Positions 18,472-28,182 of a stretch of 64,000 nt of DNA are shown here, one piece after another. The DNA lies in the NCBI GenBank assembly GCA_035627015.1, contig DASPMO010000054.1, positions 32,136 through 96,135 of the forward strand, given 5' to 3'. The translations under genes and the position numbers were made by a program. The notes under the pieces are model-generated. The model worked only from the letters and a program-made list of their open reading frames with translations, was not told where the DNA came from and did no database searches. The stretch comes from Thermoanaerobaculia bacterium (GTDB lineage: Bacteria > Acidobacteriota > Thermoanaerobaculia > Gp7-AA8). Numbering within the stretch: the stretch's first letter is position 1; every line of letters starts with the position of its first letter.

Positions 18472-21400
18472 GGGAGGGGCAGGAGCAAGGATTGCTCCAG
18501 ATCGCGCTGGATCAGCTTGCGCCGCGGGTCGATGCCGGCGCTCTTCGGCGCGCGCGGGACGGTGACGGCGATGGTCTGCTCGCCGGAACGAATGCGGTGC
18601 GGCTGCAGGTAGAGCGGCGCGCCCGACGCATCGAAGACGCCGATGTCGACGCGATCGTCCATCGGTACGGGGCGGTCGCGGCCCGTCGCGTCGGCGACGA
18701 TTTTCTCCGCGCTCACGGTGAGTGTGACGCGATACGTGCCGTTGGGCAGGCGCTCGGATCGGGCGCTCTTCGCGCGCAGGCTCCAGAGCGTGATCGTCTC
18801 GAAGAGGTCGCGAAGGAGGCCGCGCTGCGCCTCGGGGGTGACGGCGCGCAGCTCGGCGTAGAGGTCGCGCGCGGTTGGGAAGGGGGGGCCGCCGAAGCGA
18901 TGCTTCACGAAGAGGCGTCGCAACGCCGTATTGACGCGCTCCTCGCCGATGGCCTCGCGCAGCGTGTACATCACCAGCGCACCCTTGTTGTAATGGATGT
19001 AGTCGTGGTCGTTCGAGCGCAGCAGCGGCACTTCGCTCGCGCGATGACCGCGGCGCCCGAGGAGGTAGCGGTGCTGGAAGAGCTCCCGGGCGCGGTCCAC
19101 CGGCTCGCGGCCGTACGTCTGCTCCAGCACCATCAGCGCGGTGTAATGCGCCAGCGTCTCCGTGAGCACCTGCGCCCCTTCCACGCGCGCGGGCCGCAAC
19201 TGGTTTCCCCACCACTGATGCGAGACCTCGTGCGCCGTGACGAGGAACGGATAGTCGATGCCGTTCTCCGGTCTGGCCATGAGCCCGAACCCCTCGGACA
19301 GCGCCAGCGCGGTGGGATACGCGCGCGCGTACGTCCCCCGGTGCCGCGGGAACTCGACGATGCGCAGCTCGCGATGCGGGTACGGACCGAAGTGTCGGGC
19401 GTGGTAGTCAAGCGTGGCCTTCGTGGCCCGGAGGATGCCGTCGAGGTTGCGCGTGTGCCGGGGGTGATGGAGCACCTGGATGGCAACGCCGTTCCAGCGG
19501 TCCTCGGTCACGGCGTACGCCGCCGAGTGGATGGCGTAGATGTTCTGGATCGGCGCGTCGGTGACGTAGTGGAACCAGCGTTTCCCGTTCGCGGTCCAGG
19601 TCCGGCGCAGGGTCCCGGGTGCGACCGCGGTCTGATCGAGCGCCGTGCCGATCGTCGTGTCGAGCTGCAGCCAGCGCGTATCGCCGATGGCGGACGTCTG
19701 TTGCAGCGCTTCCTGGTCGTCGAGCGATGCCAGGCGGCCGCGGGGAGGGAGCCCGCGCTCCTTCCGCGCCAGGTCGTCGGCCAGCTCGAGCTCGCGCTGA
19801 TAGCCGATCATCGGCATCCACGTGCGGCCGAAGTACGTCCCGTTGCCGACGATCTCGCCGCCCGCGCGTGCGTTGGTGAAGCCGCGCGGCTCGTGCACGA
19901 CGTGGAAGCGCAACTGCATCGCCTTCCCCGGCTGCAGCGGTCGCGGAAGCGGGAAGACCTCGTAGCGCGGCCGTGCCTCTTTATTGAGGATCACGTGCAC
20001 GGAGTCGATCGGCTTTCCGGTCTGATTCTCGAGCCGGTAGGTGCCGCGGACGTGCACGGCGCGGCGATCGAGCTCGACGTGCAGCCTGGCGTGGGTGATG
20101 AGCGGCTGCGGGAGTTTCTCGTAGCGCTTGTACCGCCGCTCGTATGCGGCGCGCGCGTCCTGCCGCTCGTCGCTCGTGCGGTAGTCGTTGAGGATGTTCG
20201 TGTTGTAGAAGACCCAGCCGCCGGTGGCGACGACGCCGAGCGCCGCGGTCGCGAGGGCCGCGACCGCGCGCCGCGGGAGTCGCATGCTGCGATCCTGTCC
20301 GCGCGGCCAGAAGAACGTCGCCGCGATCATGAGCAGCAGCGCCCAGGCGGTCCAGTACAGCCGGAACGACAGCCACGGCACGAAGAAGGGCTCGAAACCG
20401 CTGATGTCGGAGTACGACCAGCCGGGATCGGCACCCCACGCGAGGAGGTTGTGCTCGATGCCGAGCGCCGAGCGGCCGAAGCGGATGAGCGCCCAGCACA
20501 GCACGGCCACGAAGTGCCCGGCGTATTTGTGGTTCACCACCACGTGCACGAAGAGCGCGAGCGCGGCCCACACCACGTACTGCGGGAGCTGGATGCCGAA
20601 GAGGATCTTCGCGTAGAGCGCGGGCTCGAGCTCGAAGTAGCCCTCCGCCGCCTGCAGGCCGATGCCGGCGGCCATCAGCGCCGCCTGCACGATCGCCAGC
20701 GCGGCGATCATCGCGCCCAGTTTCCCCGTCAGCAGGACCCAGTTCGGGAGCGGCGCGGTGTCGACGATGGCGCTGCTGCGGGTGTCGCGCTCCCTCCACA
20801 CCAGCTCCCCGGCGAAGAGGATGCTCAGCAGGACGAGCACGGCGCCGGCGTCGCCCAGGACCTCGCGCGCGACGAGAGAGGTCATCGGCCATGTGGGGGT
20901 GTCGAGGATCACGCCGGCCGACTGCCACCCGGCCTTGACGATCATCGCCAGCAGCAGCGTCAGCGCGGCGAGTGTGGCCCGCGTCAGGAAGATCTCGGAG
21001 AGCGATCGCGTCGCGACGGCGGCCATCTGCCGCAGGCGCGTCGCGGCATTGAACGTCGGCCGCACCTCGGGCGCGATCCGGGGAGCGGCGGCGCGTTCCG
21101 GCGGGGGGATGGCGCGGCGTGTGCGGCGGCGCTGCCCGCCGTCGTGGAAACGGAAGCGGACGTGCGTCAGCGCGAGCACCACGCCGCCGAGGGCCATCCA
21201 GGTAAGGCGGTTCCAGAGCAGCGCGTCGGCGAACGGCACGAAGCGGGTGTTGGTCTCGAACGGCGTCCAGTACTGCGTGAGCTTGTCGAGCGTCGCCAGT
21301 CCGAATGGATCGAAGGAGTCGCCCGAGAGCCATGAGCCGAAGAAGAGGAACGCGCCGGCGGCGTAGCTGGCCAGCGTCCGGCCCGTGAGGGCGGCCAGCG

Positions 21401-21905
21401 CGAACATGATCGCGCCGATGGCGAAGATGGTCGGGAGGGCGAAGACGAAATACGGCTGGATGTACGCGAGCGGCCGCATCGCGCCGAAGAGCTCCGGCTG
21501 GCTGGCGCGCTGCATCTCGACCAGCACGATCCCGCCCGCCGCCACCGCGAGCAGGAGCGCGTTGATCGTAAACGCGCCGAGAAAGCGCCCGCCGAGGTAA
21601 CCGCTCTTCGAGATCGGCATCGTGTAGAGGAGCGGATGCATGCGCGTCTCGACGTCGCGCGCCGCGGCATCGCCGAAGAGTCCCGCCGCGGCGACGAGCA
21701 TCAGCATCGTGGCGATGACCGTGACCATCGCGATCGTCGCCGGCGCATTGGCGTGAATCGTCCCGGTTCCCGCCGCCTCGCCGATCATCAGGTCGATCAG
21801 CAGCAGCCACGTCGCCGCCGCCATGGCCGCGAAATAGAGCCACGTCGTCCACTGGCGAAACCGGTACGCGATCTCGAAGCGGAAGACCTCGGCGAACGTG
21901 CTCAC
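18468..21905 (-). CDS. Fusion protein: N-terminal ABC-2-type polytopic permease-like membrane domain + C-terminal M1-family zinc aminopeptidase domain (1145 aa)
   Basis: At least 12 predicted TM helices in the first ~600 aa. C-terminal HEVSHQWWGN (HExxH) plus a downstream E/Y (LREAIGEERVNTAL), typical of M1 aminopeptidases. Confidence 0.8.
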   Translation of the reverse strand: MSTFAEVFRFEIAYRFRQWTTWLYFAAMAAATWLLLIDLMIGEAAGTGTIHANAPATIAMVTVIATMLMLVAAAGLFGDAAARDVETRMHPLLYTMPISKSGYLGGRFLGAFTINALLLAVAAGGIVLVEMQRASQPELFGAMRPLAYIQPYFVFALPTIFAIGAIMFALAALTGRTLASYAAGAFLFFGSWLSGDSFDPFGLATLDKLTQYWTPFETNTRFVPFADALLWNRLTWMALGGVVLALTHVRFRFHDGGQRRRTRRAIPPPERAAAPRIAPEVRPTFNAATRLRQMAAVATRSLSEIFLTRATLAALTLLLAMIVKAGWQSAGVILDTPTWPMTSLVAREVLGDAGAVLVLLSILFAGELVWRERDTRSSAIVDTAPLPNWVLLTGKLGAMIAALAIVQAALMAAGIGLQAAEGYFELEPALYAKILFGIQLPQYVVWAALALFVHVVVNHKYAGHFVAVLCWALIRFGRSALGIEHNLLAWGADPGWSYSDISGFEPFFVPWLSFRLYWTAWALLLMIAATFFWPRGQDRSMRLPRRAVAALATAALGVVATGGWVFYNTNILNDYRTSDERQDARAAYERRYKRYEKLPQPLITHARLHVELDRRAVHVRGTYRLENQTGKPIDSVHVILNKEARPRYEVFPLPRPLQPGKAMQLRFHVVHEPRGFTNARAGGEIVGNGTYFGRTWMPMIGYQRELELADDLARKERGLPPRGRLASLDDQEALQQTSAIGDTRWLQLDTTIGTALDQTAVAPGTLRRTWTANGKRWFHYVTDAPIQNIYAIHSAAYAVTEDRWNGVAIQVLHHPRHTRNLDGILRATKATLDYHARHFGPYPHRELRIVEFPRHRGTYARAYPTALALSEGFGLMARPENGIDYPFLVTAHEVSHQWWGNQLRPARVEGAQVLTETLAHYTALMVLEQTYGREPVDRARELFQHRYLLGRRGHRASEVPLLRSNDHDYIHYNKGALVMYTLREAIGEERVNTALRRLFVKHRFGGPPFPTARDLYAELRAVTPEAQRGLLRDLFETITLWSLRAKSARSERLPNGTYRVTLTVSAEKIVADATGRDRPVPMDDRVDIGVFDASGAPLYLQPHRIRSGEQTIAVTVPRAPKSAGIDPRRKLIQRDLEQSLLLPLP

Positions 21906-22026
21906 TCATGGATGAGTACGTGCCGGCGGGCGAACGGTTTACCGGCGCTGAGGTTCGGCCGAAGTTTTTTTTGTGAAAAGTTCGACCTGGCGACGCTGCG
22001 GGAGGCGGCGACGGGGACGGCCTGAA

Positions 22027-23400
22027 TCACCTCCCGGCCCGCAGCTTCTGCAGCATCTCGACGGCATGCGTGTTCGCCGGGTCGAGCGTGAGGGCGCGCT
22101 CGTACGCGCCGATCGCCTTCTCGCGCTCACCGGCCGCCGCGTACGCCTCGCCGAGGCTGTCGTAGACGTTCCCGGATCCAGGGAAACGCTTCACGTTGCG
22201 CTCGAAGATCCGGACCGCGTCTGCGATGCGTCCGGTGTCGAGCAACAGGTAGCCGAGGCGGTTGATCTCCGCCTCGGTCAACTTGTCGATGGCCGGGGAG
22301 AGGACTCCGTGGACGCGGATGTCGCGGAACACGGTTTTCGCCGGCGAGTCGTAGCGTTCATAGCCCATCCACGCGAAAGCGGGATATTCGCCGGGGAGCA
22401 CGGCGGCGATGACCTCGGGCATGATCGAGAAACCGTTGCCGCTGTTCGTGAAAACGACCACGCCGTCGCCCTTCCGGTCGCCGATGGCGAAATTCTGGAC
22501 CTCGCCGTTGTTCTCACCCCAGTGCCAGAACGCCGTGCGCCATGCCGTCCGCTGAATCCCCCAGCCGAGGCCCCACGACAGTGCCGTGGAGATCTTCCCG
22601 CTTCCCGGTTTCAGGCAGTTGGAGCAGCTCTCATCGACGGCGCTTTGCCCGGTGAGCATGGCCCGCGCCGTCGCCGGCTTCAGGCCGGTGCCCTTCATCG
22701 TCGCGATCATGAACCGCGCGAAATCGGCGGGCGTGGTGTGCAGCGTGGCTACCGTCGCCACGGCAGGCCTGCGCCGCTCGGCGACTCTTCCGCTCGCGCG
22801 GTGACCGAATACCTTGCGTGTTTCGAATTCGGGAATCCAGACATAACCGGAGTCGCGCATGCCGAGAGGCGTGAAGACGAGCTCCCGCATCAGCACGGGC
22901 AGCTCTTTCCCCGTGAGGTGCTCGATGACCCGTTCGAGATAGAGAAAACCCGCCCCGGAGTAGCTGAAGCGCGAGCCGGGAGTGAAGTGCACGGCCAGCG
23001 TCTGGCCCGGCATCACCTCATTCTGAAAGCCGGTGGTGTGCGCGAGCACCATCCGCGCGGTGATCTGTTTCATCCGCTCGTCGGAAACCGGCTCGGCGAG
23101 GTAGTGCTGCAGCGGAACGTCGAGCGAAAGCACACCCGCGTCCACGAGCCTCAGCACGGCGTAGGCGAAGACCGGTTTGCCGAGGGAGGCGGACTCGAAG
23201 ATCGCCCGCCTGGTGAGCGGCGCTCGTGTCTCGGCATTCGCGACGCCGTATGCCTTCTCGGAGACGATCGTTCCTCCGCGGATGACGACGATCGACAGCC
23301 CGGCAACGTCGCCTTCCCGCATCAACCGGCCAATGGCCGGATCTGCCCCGCCGCGCGAGGCGAAAAGAACCAGGACCAGGAACGGGATCAGGCGTGGCAT
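22027..23400 (-). CDS. Serine hydrolase (class C beta-lactamase/PBP-like) with C-terminal TPR repeats, secreted
   Basis: Signal peptide. FESASLGKP (SxxK) and YSGAG. C-terminal TPR-like helices (YDSLGEAYAAAGEREKAIGAYERALTLDP). Confidence 0.8.
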   Translation of the reverse strand: MPRLIPFLVLVLFASRGGADPAIGRLMREGDVAGLSIVVIRGGTIVSEKAYGVANAETRAPLTRRAIFESASLGKPVFAYAVLRLVDAGVLSLDVPLQHYLAEPVSDERMKQITARMVLAHTTGFQNEVMPGQTLAVHFTPGSRFSYSGAGFLYLERVIEHLTGKELPVLMRELVFTPLGMRDSGYVWIPEFETRKVFGHRASGRVAERRRPAVATVATLHTTPADFARFMIATMKGTGLKPATARAMLTGQSAVDESCSNCLKPGSGKISTALSWGLGWGIQRTAWRTAFWHWGENNGEVQNFAIGDRKGDGVVVFTNSGNGFSIMPEVIAAVLPGEYPAFAWMGYERYDSPAKTVFRDIRVHGVLSPAIDKLTEAEINRLGYLLLDTGRIADAVRIFERNVKRFPGSGNVYDSLGEAYAAAGEREKAIGAYERALTLDPANTHAVEMLQKLRAGR

Positions 23401-23591
23401 TCGGTCTCCTGCTGCTTCAGACGCGGCCCGCGGGGAGACGTTGGAGACCTGCCTGAAAACCGCCGCCGGCCGGAGCCGGCGGCGGAGCAGCCTTCAGTTC
23501 GGTCCGAAACGGGAGTTGTATTCCGACGAGTAGACGAACCCGTCGCAAGAAACGTCAAGACGCCGCGCCGCGCCGACCCTACACTCGCACC

Positions 23592-24017
23592 ATGAGCATG
23601 AGAGACATTCGATGGGGAGCGGCGCTCGGCGGGATGCTGGTGGCCGAGATCGGGCAGATCGCCGCCACTTTCGCCTGGGTCGCCCTCTACAGCTACCTCG
23701 TGCATCCGGGGGAGACGCCGGCCTTCTACCAGCGTCACGCACAGGCGGCGGGCCCGTGGGTGTCGCTGCTGGCGGGGACGCCGATCTTCTACCTGGTCTG
23801 CCGGTGGATCGGTTCGCGGGTCCCCTCCCGGGCGTGGCCGACCGCCATGGCTCTCTTCGGCCTCTTCGTCCTCGTCGACGGCGCGCTGATCCTCTCCGCG
23901 GGGACCCCTTCTCCCCGCATCCTCGGGTTTGTGGCCGCCAGCTATCTCCTCAAGCTCCTGGCCTGCCATCTCGGAGGCCGGAGTGCTGTCCGGAGAGAGG
24001 TCGCGGAGCCGGCGTGA
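23592..24017 (+). CDS. Small integral membrane protein (4 TM), hypothetical
   Basis: 141 aa and hydrophobic. Its stop overlaps the GTG start of the downstream AraC gene (GTGA). Confidence 0.5.
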   Translation: MSMRDIRWGAALGGMLVAEIGQIAATFAWVALYSYLVHPGETPAFYQRHAQAAGPWVSLLAGTPIFYLVCRWIGSRVPSRAWPTAMALFGLFVLVDGALILSAGTPSPRILGFVAASYLLKLLACHLGGRSAVRREVAEPA

Positions 24018-24883
24018 CGCGGGACTGGGAGACGCTGCTCCCGCTCCTGGTCCACATTCAGGCCCACCTGGAGGAAGACCTCGGTCTCGAGGCGCTGAGC
24101 CGGAAGGCGGGGCTCTCGCCGTTTTACCTGCAGCGCCTCTTCAAGGCGGCGATCGGCGAGACGCCGAAGGCCTATACCTCGCGCCTCCGGCTGGAGCGCG
24201 GCGCCTTCCGCCTGCTGGTGCACGACTCGAACGTGCTCGACATCGCACTGGAGTGCGGGTTCCAGAGCCACGAGAGCTTTCTCCGCGCCTTCCGCCGGCG
24301 CTTCGGCCGGCTGCCGAGCGACTACCGGGAGTGGGTGCGCGGGCAGCTCACCGCGAGGGAGGAGTCCTCTCCGGAGGATTGCTCCGAGGCGGCGCCGGCG
24401 TTCGAGATCTCGAAGACCCGGGTGATTCCGCTGCGGCCGGCGCACCTGGCCTTCCGGCGGCACGTGGGGCCGTACGAGTCGGTCCCGGAGAGCCTCTTCG
24501 AGGAGTTGGAGGAGTGGGCGGCCCGGCGCGGGTTGCCGGGTCCGCCGGTCTGGATGGGGATCGGGCACGACGCTCCCGGGACCACGCCGGCCGAGCAGCT
24601 CCGCTTCGACGCGGCGCTGGTGGTGCCCGGTCCCTTCGCCCCCGAGGGGCGCATCGCCTACCAGCTCTTGCCCGGCGGCCCCTTCGCCGTCACGACCCAT
24701 GTGGGGCCGTACGACACGCTGCCGGCGGCCTACGCCGCGATCTTCCCGCGCCTCCTGGCCCTTCCCGGCTACCAGCTGGTCGGCCTGCCGGCGGTCGAGA
24801 TCTACCACACCACCCGGGTGAACGTGCGCTATCGGCTGAACCATACGGATTTGTGCTTGCCGGTGAGTCCTCGCCGCGCGTGA
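24014..24883 (+). CDS. AraC-family transcriptional regulator with a GyrI-like effector-binding domain
   Basis: HTH region LSRKAGLSPFYLQRLFKAAIGETPKAY...ECGFQSHESFLRAFRRRFG. C-terminal GyrI-like HVGPY...VTTHVGPYDTLPAAY. Confidence 0.8.
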   Translation: MTRDWETLLPLLVHIQAHLEEDLGLEALSRKAGLSPFYLQRLFKAAIGETPKAYTSRLRLERGAFRLLVHDSNVLDIALECGFQSHESFLRAFRRRFGRLPSDYREWVRGQLTAREESSPEDCSEAAPAFEISKTRVIPLRPAHLAFRRHVGPYESVPESLFEELEEWAARRGLPGPPVWMGIGHDAPGTTPAEQLRFDAALVVPGPFAPEGRIAYQLLPGGPFAVTTHVGPYDTLPAAYAAIFPRLLALPGYQLVGLPAVEIYHTTRVNVRYRLNHTDLCLPVSPRRA

Positions 24884-24912
24884 CGACCTGAATCCTGAAG
24901 GGCGGCGAAGGT

Positions 24913-25096
24913 CTAAGCAGGACGCACTGGCTTGGCCAACGGAAACACAGCGGACGGCCGGCGTCCTCGCCGGCTGTCGCGCAGGCGTCCCGCGCCTGCG
25001 CCCTGGGCGGGAGTGGCGGCGCGGGACGCCGCCACGACAGCCGGCGAGGACGCCGGCAGTCCGCATCCGTTGGCGAACCCAGTACGGTCTGCTTAG
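24913..25096. repeat. Long near-perfect inverted repeat (~80-bp arms) between convergent genes
   Basis: CTAAGCAGGACGCACTGGCTTGGCCAACGG...GTCCTCGCCGGCTGTCG pairs with CGACAGCCGGCGAGGAC...CCGTTGGCGAACCCAGTACGGTCTGCTTAG. Confidence 0.6.
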
Positions 25097-25539
25097 TCGA
25101 TGCCCCGGCACTCGGAGCCCAACTCCAGCAGAGCGCACTTGAACAGACAGAACTCGTCCTGGGGCTGGAGCTGACAGCGCTCGCGAGCCCGGAACTCCAG
25201 ATCGGCGCCGCCGCTCACGTTGATGAGCCGGAAGTGGAGATCCAGATATTCAGTACCGCGGCACTCTTGAAAGTCGAGACCACTCCCGATGACGACGGTC
25301 TCGTTGAACACGTACTCGTCGCCACTCGTCTCGCCGACGGCGGTCCCGGTACATTGCTCGTGGTACTGCTCGCGCCCGCTGCTGCTGGTCGCGACGATGT
25401 TGCAATCGATCGAGACGGTCACCAGCTCGTTCGTACACGCGTTTGCAAGGGTGAGCGTGTCCTGGATCGTGTCCTTGAAAACGAGGTTGGCACCCACCGG
25501 CATGGCCAAGAGCAGCGAGATGAGTAGCGCGTAACGCAT
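25093..25539 (-). CDS. Secreted cysteine-rich small protein (148 aa), hypothetical
   Basis: RBS AAGGAGG. Signal peptide MRYALLISLLLAMPVGANL. 10 Cys residues. Confidence 0.5.
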   Translation of the reverse strand: MRYALLISLLLAMPVGANLVFKDTIQDTLTLANACTNELVTVSIDCNIVATSSSGREQYHEQCTGTAVGETSGDEYVFNETVVIGSGLDFQECRGTEYLDLHFRLINVSGGADLEFRARERCQLQPQDEFCLFKCALLELGSECRGID

Positions 25540-25688
25540 CGCGGCCTCCTTGGAACCCTAGATAGAGTCGGCGCCGATGCGCGGCAACTGGGGAGGTGCG
25601 ATCGAGAAGGAGCCGGAGCGAGAACCCCCCTGAAACGAAAAAAGCCCCCAGGGAGGCTTTGCCAATCTGCGCCGGCGGCCGTGCCGCC

Positions 25689-25762
25689 TGGCTGGGAGAC
25701 AGGGACTCGAACCCCGATTCATCGGTCCAGAGCCGATTGTCCTACCATTGAACGATCTCCCA
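25689..25762 (-). tRNA. tRNA-Gln (anticodon CTG)
   Basis: Manual cloverleaf. Acceptor TGGGAGA/TCTCCCA (U1-A72, typical of bacterial tRNA-Gln). D-stem GTTC/GGAC. Anticodon stem ATCGG/CCGAT with loop CTCTGGA. T-stem CGGGG/CCCTG with loop TTCGAGT. Discriminator G plus encoded CCA. Confidence 0.8.
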
Positions 25763-25860
25763 GTAACGGCAGGGGTTGTGGATGCTACGCGGGCCCTAAC
25801 GTGGATGTCAACGATCACATTCCAATCCCGGCGTGGCACAATCTCCGCGAGAGCGCCGAT

Positions 25861-26191
25861 CATGTTGCCCGAGGTTTTCGAGTGTCCGCAGTGCCAGCGC
25901 CAGTTCGTCGTCGAGCTGGTGGAGAATGCCGCTGACCAGTCCATCCACTGCCCCCAGTGCAAGCGGTACCTGGGGGAGAAGGACCTGAACTTCATCATCC
26001 TCTCGGAGATCGACGAGCTCACCGAGCGGCTGGCGTTCGAGCGCGACCGGCTGGAGCGCGACCAGGCTGTCTACTCCATGACCGACTGCGACGCCGAGCT
26101 GCGCACCTACGGCAACGAGCTCCACAAGGTCGTGAACATCCTGCGCAAGACGCTCGCCGATCTCGACCAGTTGAAGTCGACGTACCGGTGA
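25861..26191 (+). CDS. Zinc-ribbon small protein (CPQC...CPQC), hypothetical
   Basis: 110 aa, MLPEVFECPQCQRQF...IHCPQCKRYLG, then a helical tail. Its stop overlaps the GTG start of the next gene. Confidence 0.45.
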
Positions 26192-27330
26192 AGCGCCTCC
26201 CTCTCGACGGCATCGTCGTTGCCGACTTTTCCCGCGTCCTCGCCGGGCCGCTCTGCACCGAGCTGCTGGCCGACGAAGGGGCCCGCGTCATCAAGGTCGA
26301 AGAGCCGCGGTTCGGCGACGAGACGCGCCGCTGGGGGCCGCCCTTCGCGGGCGACGTCAGCACGTACTTCTTGTCCGTCAACCGGAACAAGGAGTCGATC
26401 GCGCTCGACCTGCGGGCCGACCGCGAGCTCGCCCGGGCGCTGATCGAGCGCGCGGACGTCATCGTCGACAACTTCCTCCCCGCGCAGCGGCAGGAGCTGC
26501 TGGGGGAGATTCCGGAGACCAAGGTCCACTGCTCGATCACCGGCTTCGATCCGGAGACGGCCGAAGCCAGCCGCCCGGGCTACGACCTCCTGGCGCAGGC
26601 CGGGGCGGGGCTGATGTCGATCACCGGCGGCGCCGAGCCGTTCAAGACCGGCGTGGCGCTGGCGGACGTCCTGACCGCCCACTACGCGCACGGCGCCATC
26701 CTCGCGGCGCTGTACGCGGGCGGAGGGGCGCGGCTGGAGGTCTCCCTCTTCGGCGCCACGCTGGCCTCGCTGGTGAACGTCGCCCAGGCCGCGCTGAGCA
26801 CCGGCCACGAGGCGCAGCGCTACGGCAACGCCCATCCGTCGATCGTCCCGTACCAGCTCTTCCACGCGAGAGACCGCGCCTTCGCCATCGGAGGCGGCAC
26901 GGACCGGCATTACCGGTCGTTGTGCGGAGTCATCGGCCGCCCCGAGCTGGCCACCGACGAGCGCTTCGCCACGAACGCCGCCCGCGTGGCGAACCGCGCG
27001 ACCCTCGTGCCGCTGCTCGAAGAGATCTTCGCGACCAACGACGCGCAGCACTGGGTCGACCGCTGCCGCGACGCGAACATTCCCGCCTCGCTCGTGCGCG
27101 GCGTGCTCGAGGCGCTGCGCAGCGAGGAGGCGCGTCCGCTGATCGCGACGCTGGACGGCTTCGAGACCGTCGGCCATCCCGTGCGCATGAACGGCGAGCG
27201 CCTCCCGGTCCGCAGCCACCCGCCGAAGCTCGGCGAGCACACCGAGGCGCTCCGGCGCGAGCTCACTGGTACGCCAGCGCAAACAGGATCGCGCAGCAGA
27301 GGAACACGAACACCAGGAGGCCGCCGATGA
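26188..27330 (+). CDS. CoA-transferase family III protein (CaiB/BaiF-like)
   Basis: N-terminal VVADFSRVLAGPLCTELLADEGARVIKVEEP...GDETR signature. Confidence 0.8.
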   Translation: MKRLPLDGIVVADFSRVLAGPLCTELLADEGARVIKVEEPRFGDETRRWGPPFAGDVSTYFLSVNRNKESIALDLRADRELARALIERADVIVDNFLPAQRQELLGEIPETKVHCSITGFDPETAEASRPGYDLLAQAGAGLMSITGGAEPFKTGVALADVLTAHYAHGAILAALYAGGGARLEVSLFGATLASLVNVAQAALSTGHEAQRYGNAHPSIVPYQLFHARDRAFAIGGGTDRHYRSLCGVIGRPELATDERFATNAARVANRATLVPLLEEIFATNDAQHWVDRCRDANIPASLVRGVLEALRSEEARPLIATLDGFETVGHPVRMNGERLPVRSHPPKLGEHTEALRRELTGTPAQTGSRSRGTRTPGGRR

Positions 27331-27469
27331 GCCCCGCGTGCATCGGTTTGCCCCCCTTCGCCGAGCGGAACGCCACCGCGAGCACGGCCGTGCCGACGCC
27401 CATGATCACGAATCCTGCAGCCAGGACGACGAGCAGTGCCCGCTGAAACTCCGGATCCACGCCGCGCAC
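27263..27469 (-). CDS. Possible small membrane protein (68 aa)
   Basis: Hydrophobic ORF overlapping both neighbours. Weak support. Confidence 0.2.
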   Translation of the reverse strand: MRGVDPEFQRALLVVLAAGFVIMGVGTAVLAVAFRSAKGGKPMHAGLIGGLLVFVFLCCAILFALAYQ

Positions 27470-28182
27470 TCTACACGCGGCGTTTCGCCGCGGCCATTTT
27501 CGATTTCGACGAGACCATCATCGACCTCGAGCCGCAGCACACCGCCGCCCATGCCGCCCTCTGCCGCGACCTCGGCAACGACTACGACCGGATGCCGGAG
27601 AGCTTCCGCACCGGCTCCGGCCGCCGCATCATCGACGACATCCGCGAGATGCGCGCGCACTTTGGCTGGTCCGCACCGGAAGACGAGCTGGTCGCGCAGC
27701 GCCAGCGGCACTTCGACGCCATCTGCGAGACCTCCGACCTGGAAGCCATGGACGGTGTGAGAGAGATGGTCGAGGAAGTCAGAACGTGGGGCATCCCCAT
27801 GGCCATCACCTCTTCCGCGGTCGGCTCCTCCATCGACGCGATTCTCCGGAGGCTGAACCTCCGCGACGCCTTCACGCTCATCGTCGACGGCAGCGAAGTG
27901 ACGCACGGCAAGCCCGATCCGGAAGCGTATCTGCTCACCGCGAAGAAGCTGGGCGTGGACGCCGCGGAGTGCGTGGTCTTCGAAGACTCCCACGTCGGCG
28001 TGGTGGCGGCGAAGCGGGCGGGGATGTTCTGCGTGGCGGTGCGCAATCCGAAGGCGCTGCAGCTTCAGGACCTGTCGCTGGCCGACGTCGTCATCAATTC
28101 GATGCGCACGCTTCTGCAGGATGGGCAACAACCATCCATCGATGATGGGCCGGCGGGCCGCCCTAGGCGTGCCTTACGCTGA
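27436..28182 (+). CDS. HAD-superfamily hydrolase (beta-phosphoglucomutase-like subfamily)
   Basis: FDFDETIID (DxDxT), S/T motif ITSSA, K...FEDSHVG. Confidence 0.75.
   Translation: MPAETPDPRRALYTRRFAAAIFDFDETIIDLEPQHTAAHAALCRDLGNDYDRMPESFRTGSGRRIIDDIREMRAHFGWSAPEDELVAQRQRHFDAICETSDLEAMDGVREMVEEVRTWGIPMAITSSAVGSSIDAILRRLNLRDAFTLIVDGSEVTHGKPDPEAYLLTAKKLGVDAAECVVFEDSHVGVVAAKRAGMFCVAVRNPKALQLQDLSLADVVINSMRTLLQDGQQPSIDDGPAGRPRRALR

Noticed and set aside
21906-22026. T8 run / hairpin (GAAGTTTTTTTTGTGAAAAGTTC) as an intrinsic terminator
   Set aside because: The hairpin has a mismatch and the T-run lies inside rather than after the stem. More likely an AT-rich promoter element for the ABC-2/M1 gene. 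Too weak to call either way.
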